From assembly GCA_041571435.1 (NCBI GenBank), contig JBFFUI010000047.1:1-14828 (forward strand): a stretch of DNA of 14,828 nucleotides, in the 5' to 3' direction. This document shows, piece by piece, positions 14,565-14,828 of this stretch; positions within the stretch are counted from its first letter, which is position 1; each line of letters begins with the position of its first letter. Both the position numbers and the translations under genes were made by a program. The notes under the pieces are model-generated. The model did not search any database and had not been told where the DNA came from. It saw nothing but the letters and a program-made list of their open reading frames with translations. This DNA is from Sulfurimonadaceae bacterium (lineage in GTDB: Bacteria > Campylobacterota > Campylobacteria > Campylobacterales > Sulfurimonadaceae).

Positions 14565-14828
14565 GTGCGCGTTCCAATTCTCTTTTTATTGACATTTTCA
14601 ACGCTCTTTGGCGCCGTTTCCGATTATGAAGCGGGCAAGGTTCTCTATTTTGAAAAAGGGTGCAACGGCTGCCACGGTACCAAAGCGGAGGGGATGACCA
14701 ACTACCCTGCTCTTGCCAACCGGGCCAAAGGCTTTTTGGCCTACAAACTCAGACGGTTCCGTTCCGAGATCTCCGACAAACAGATCCAGGAGATGATGAT
14801 CCCTTTTGCAATCGGACTGAGCGACAGG
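14565..14828 (+). CDS. Monoheme class I cytochrome c (c553-like), truncated by the window end; not in the ORF track
   Basis: GTG start with AAGG at 14555-14558. Translates MRVPILFLLTFSTLFGAVSDYEAGKVLYFEKGCNGCHGTKAEG...YPALA...QEMMIPF: signal peptide, CxxCH at 14661-14675 and a candidate axial Met. Confidence 0.9.
   Translation, partial: MRVPILFLLTFSTLFGAVSDYEAGKVLYFEKGCNGCHGTKAEGMTNYPALANRAKGFLAYKLRRFRSEISDKQIQEMMIPFAIGLSDR

Overview
The window looks like Campylobacterota chromosomal DNA, Sulfurimonas/Sulfurovum-like (inferred from protein styles, AAGG/AGGA ribosome-binding sites and extended -10 promoters). The left half is a complete [NiFe]-hydrogenase maturation set: hypB-hypC-hypD-hypE-hypA on +, with hypF convergent on - and preceded by thpR and a DUF503 gene. 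Next come a secreted GH20 beta-N-acetylhexosaminidase and a small chorismate mutase/PchB-like gene on +. A minus-strand run follows: pseudo-dihydroorotase, NrfJ-like OB-fold protein, ABC exporter, YheT hydrolase and membrane GGDEF protein. A truncated monoheme cytochrome c starts at the right edge. I saw no RNA genes, CRISPR arrays or transposases. The most unusual feature is a diverged second copy of the hypD 3' end (2343-2399), 139 bp downstream of the first. It shares a 15-bp identical core, differs almost only at synonymous sites and carries the hypE RBS, which fits an integration or gene-replacement scar. Other signals are three putative leaderless promoters within about 900 bp, a symmetric bidirectional promoter or Fur-like box, and a perfect 14-bp inverted repeat ahead of the GGDEF gene.
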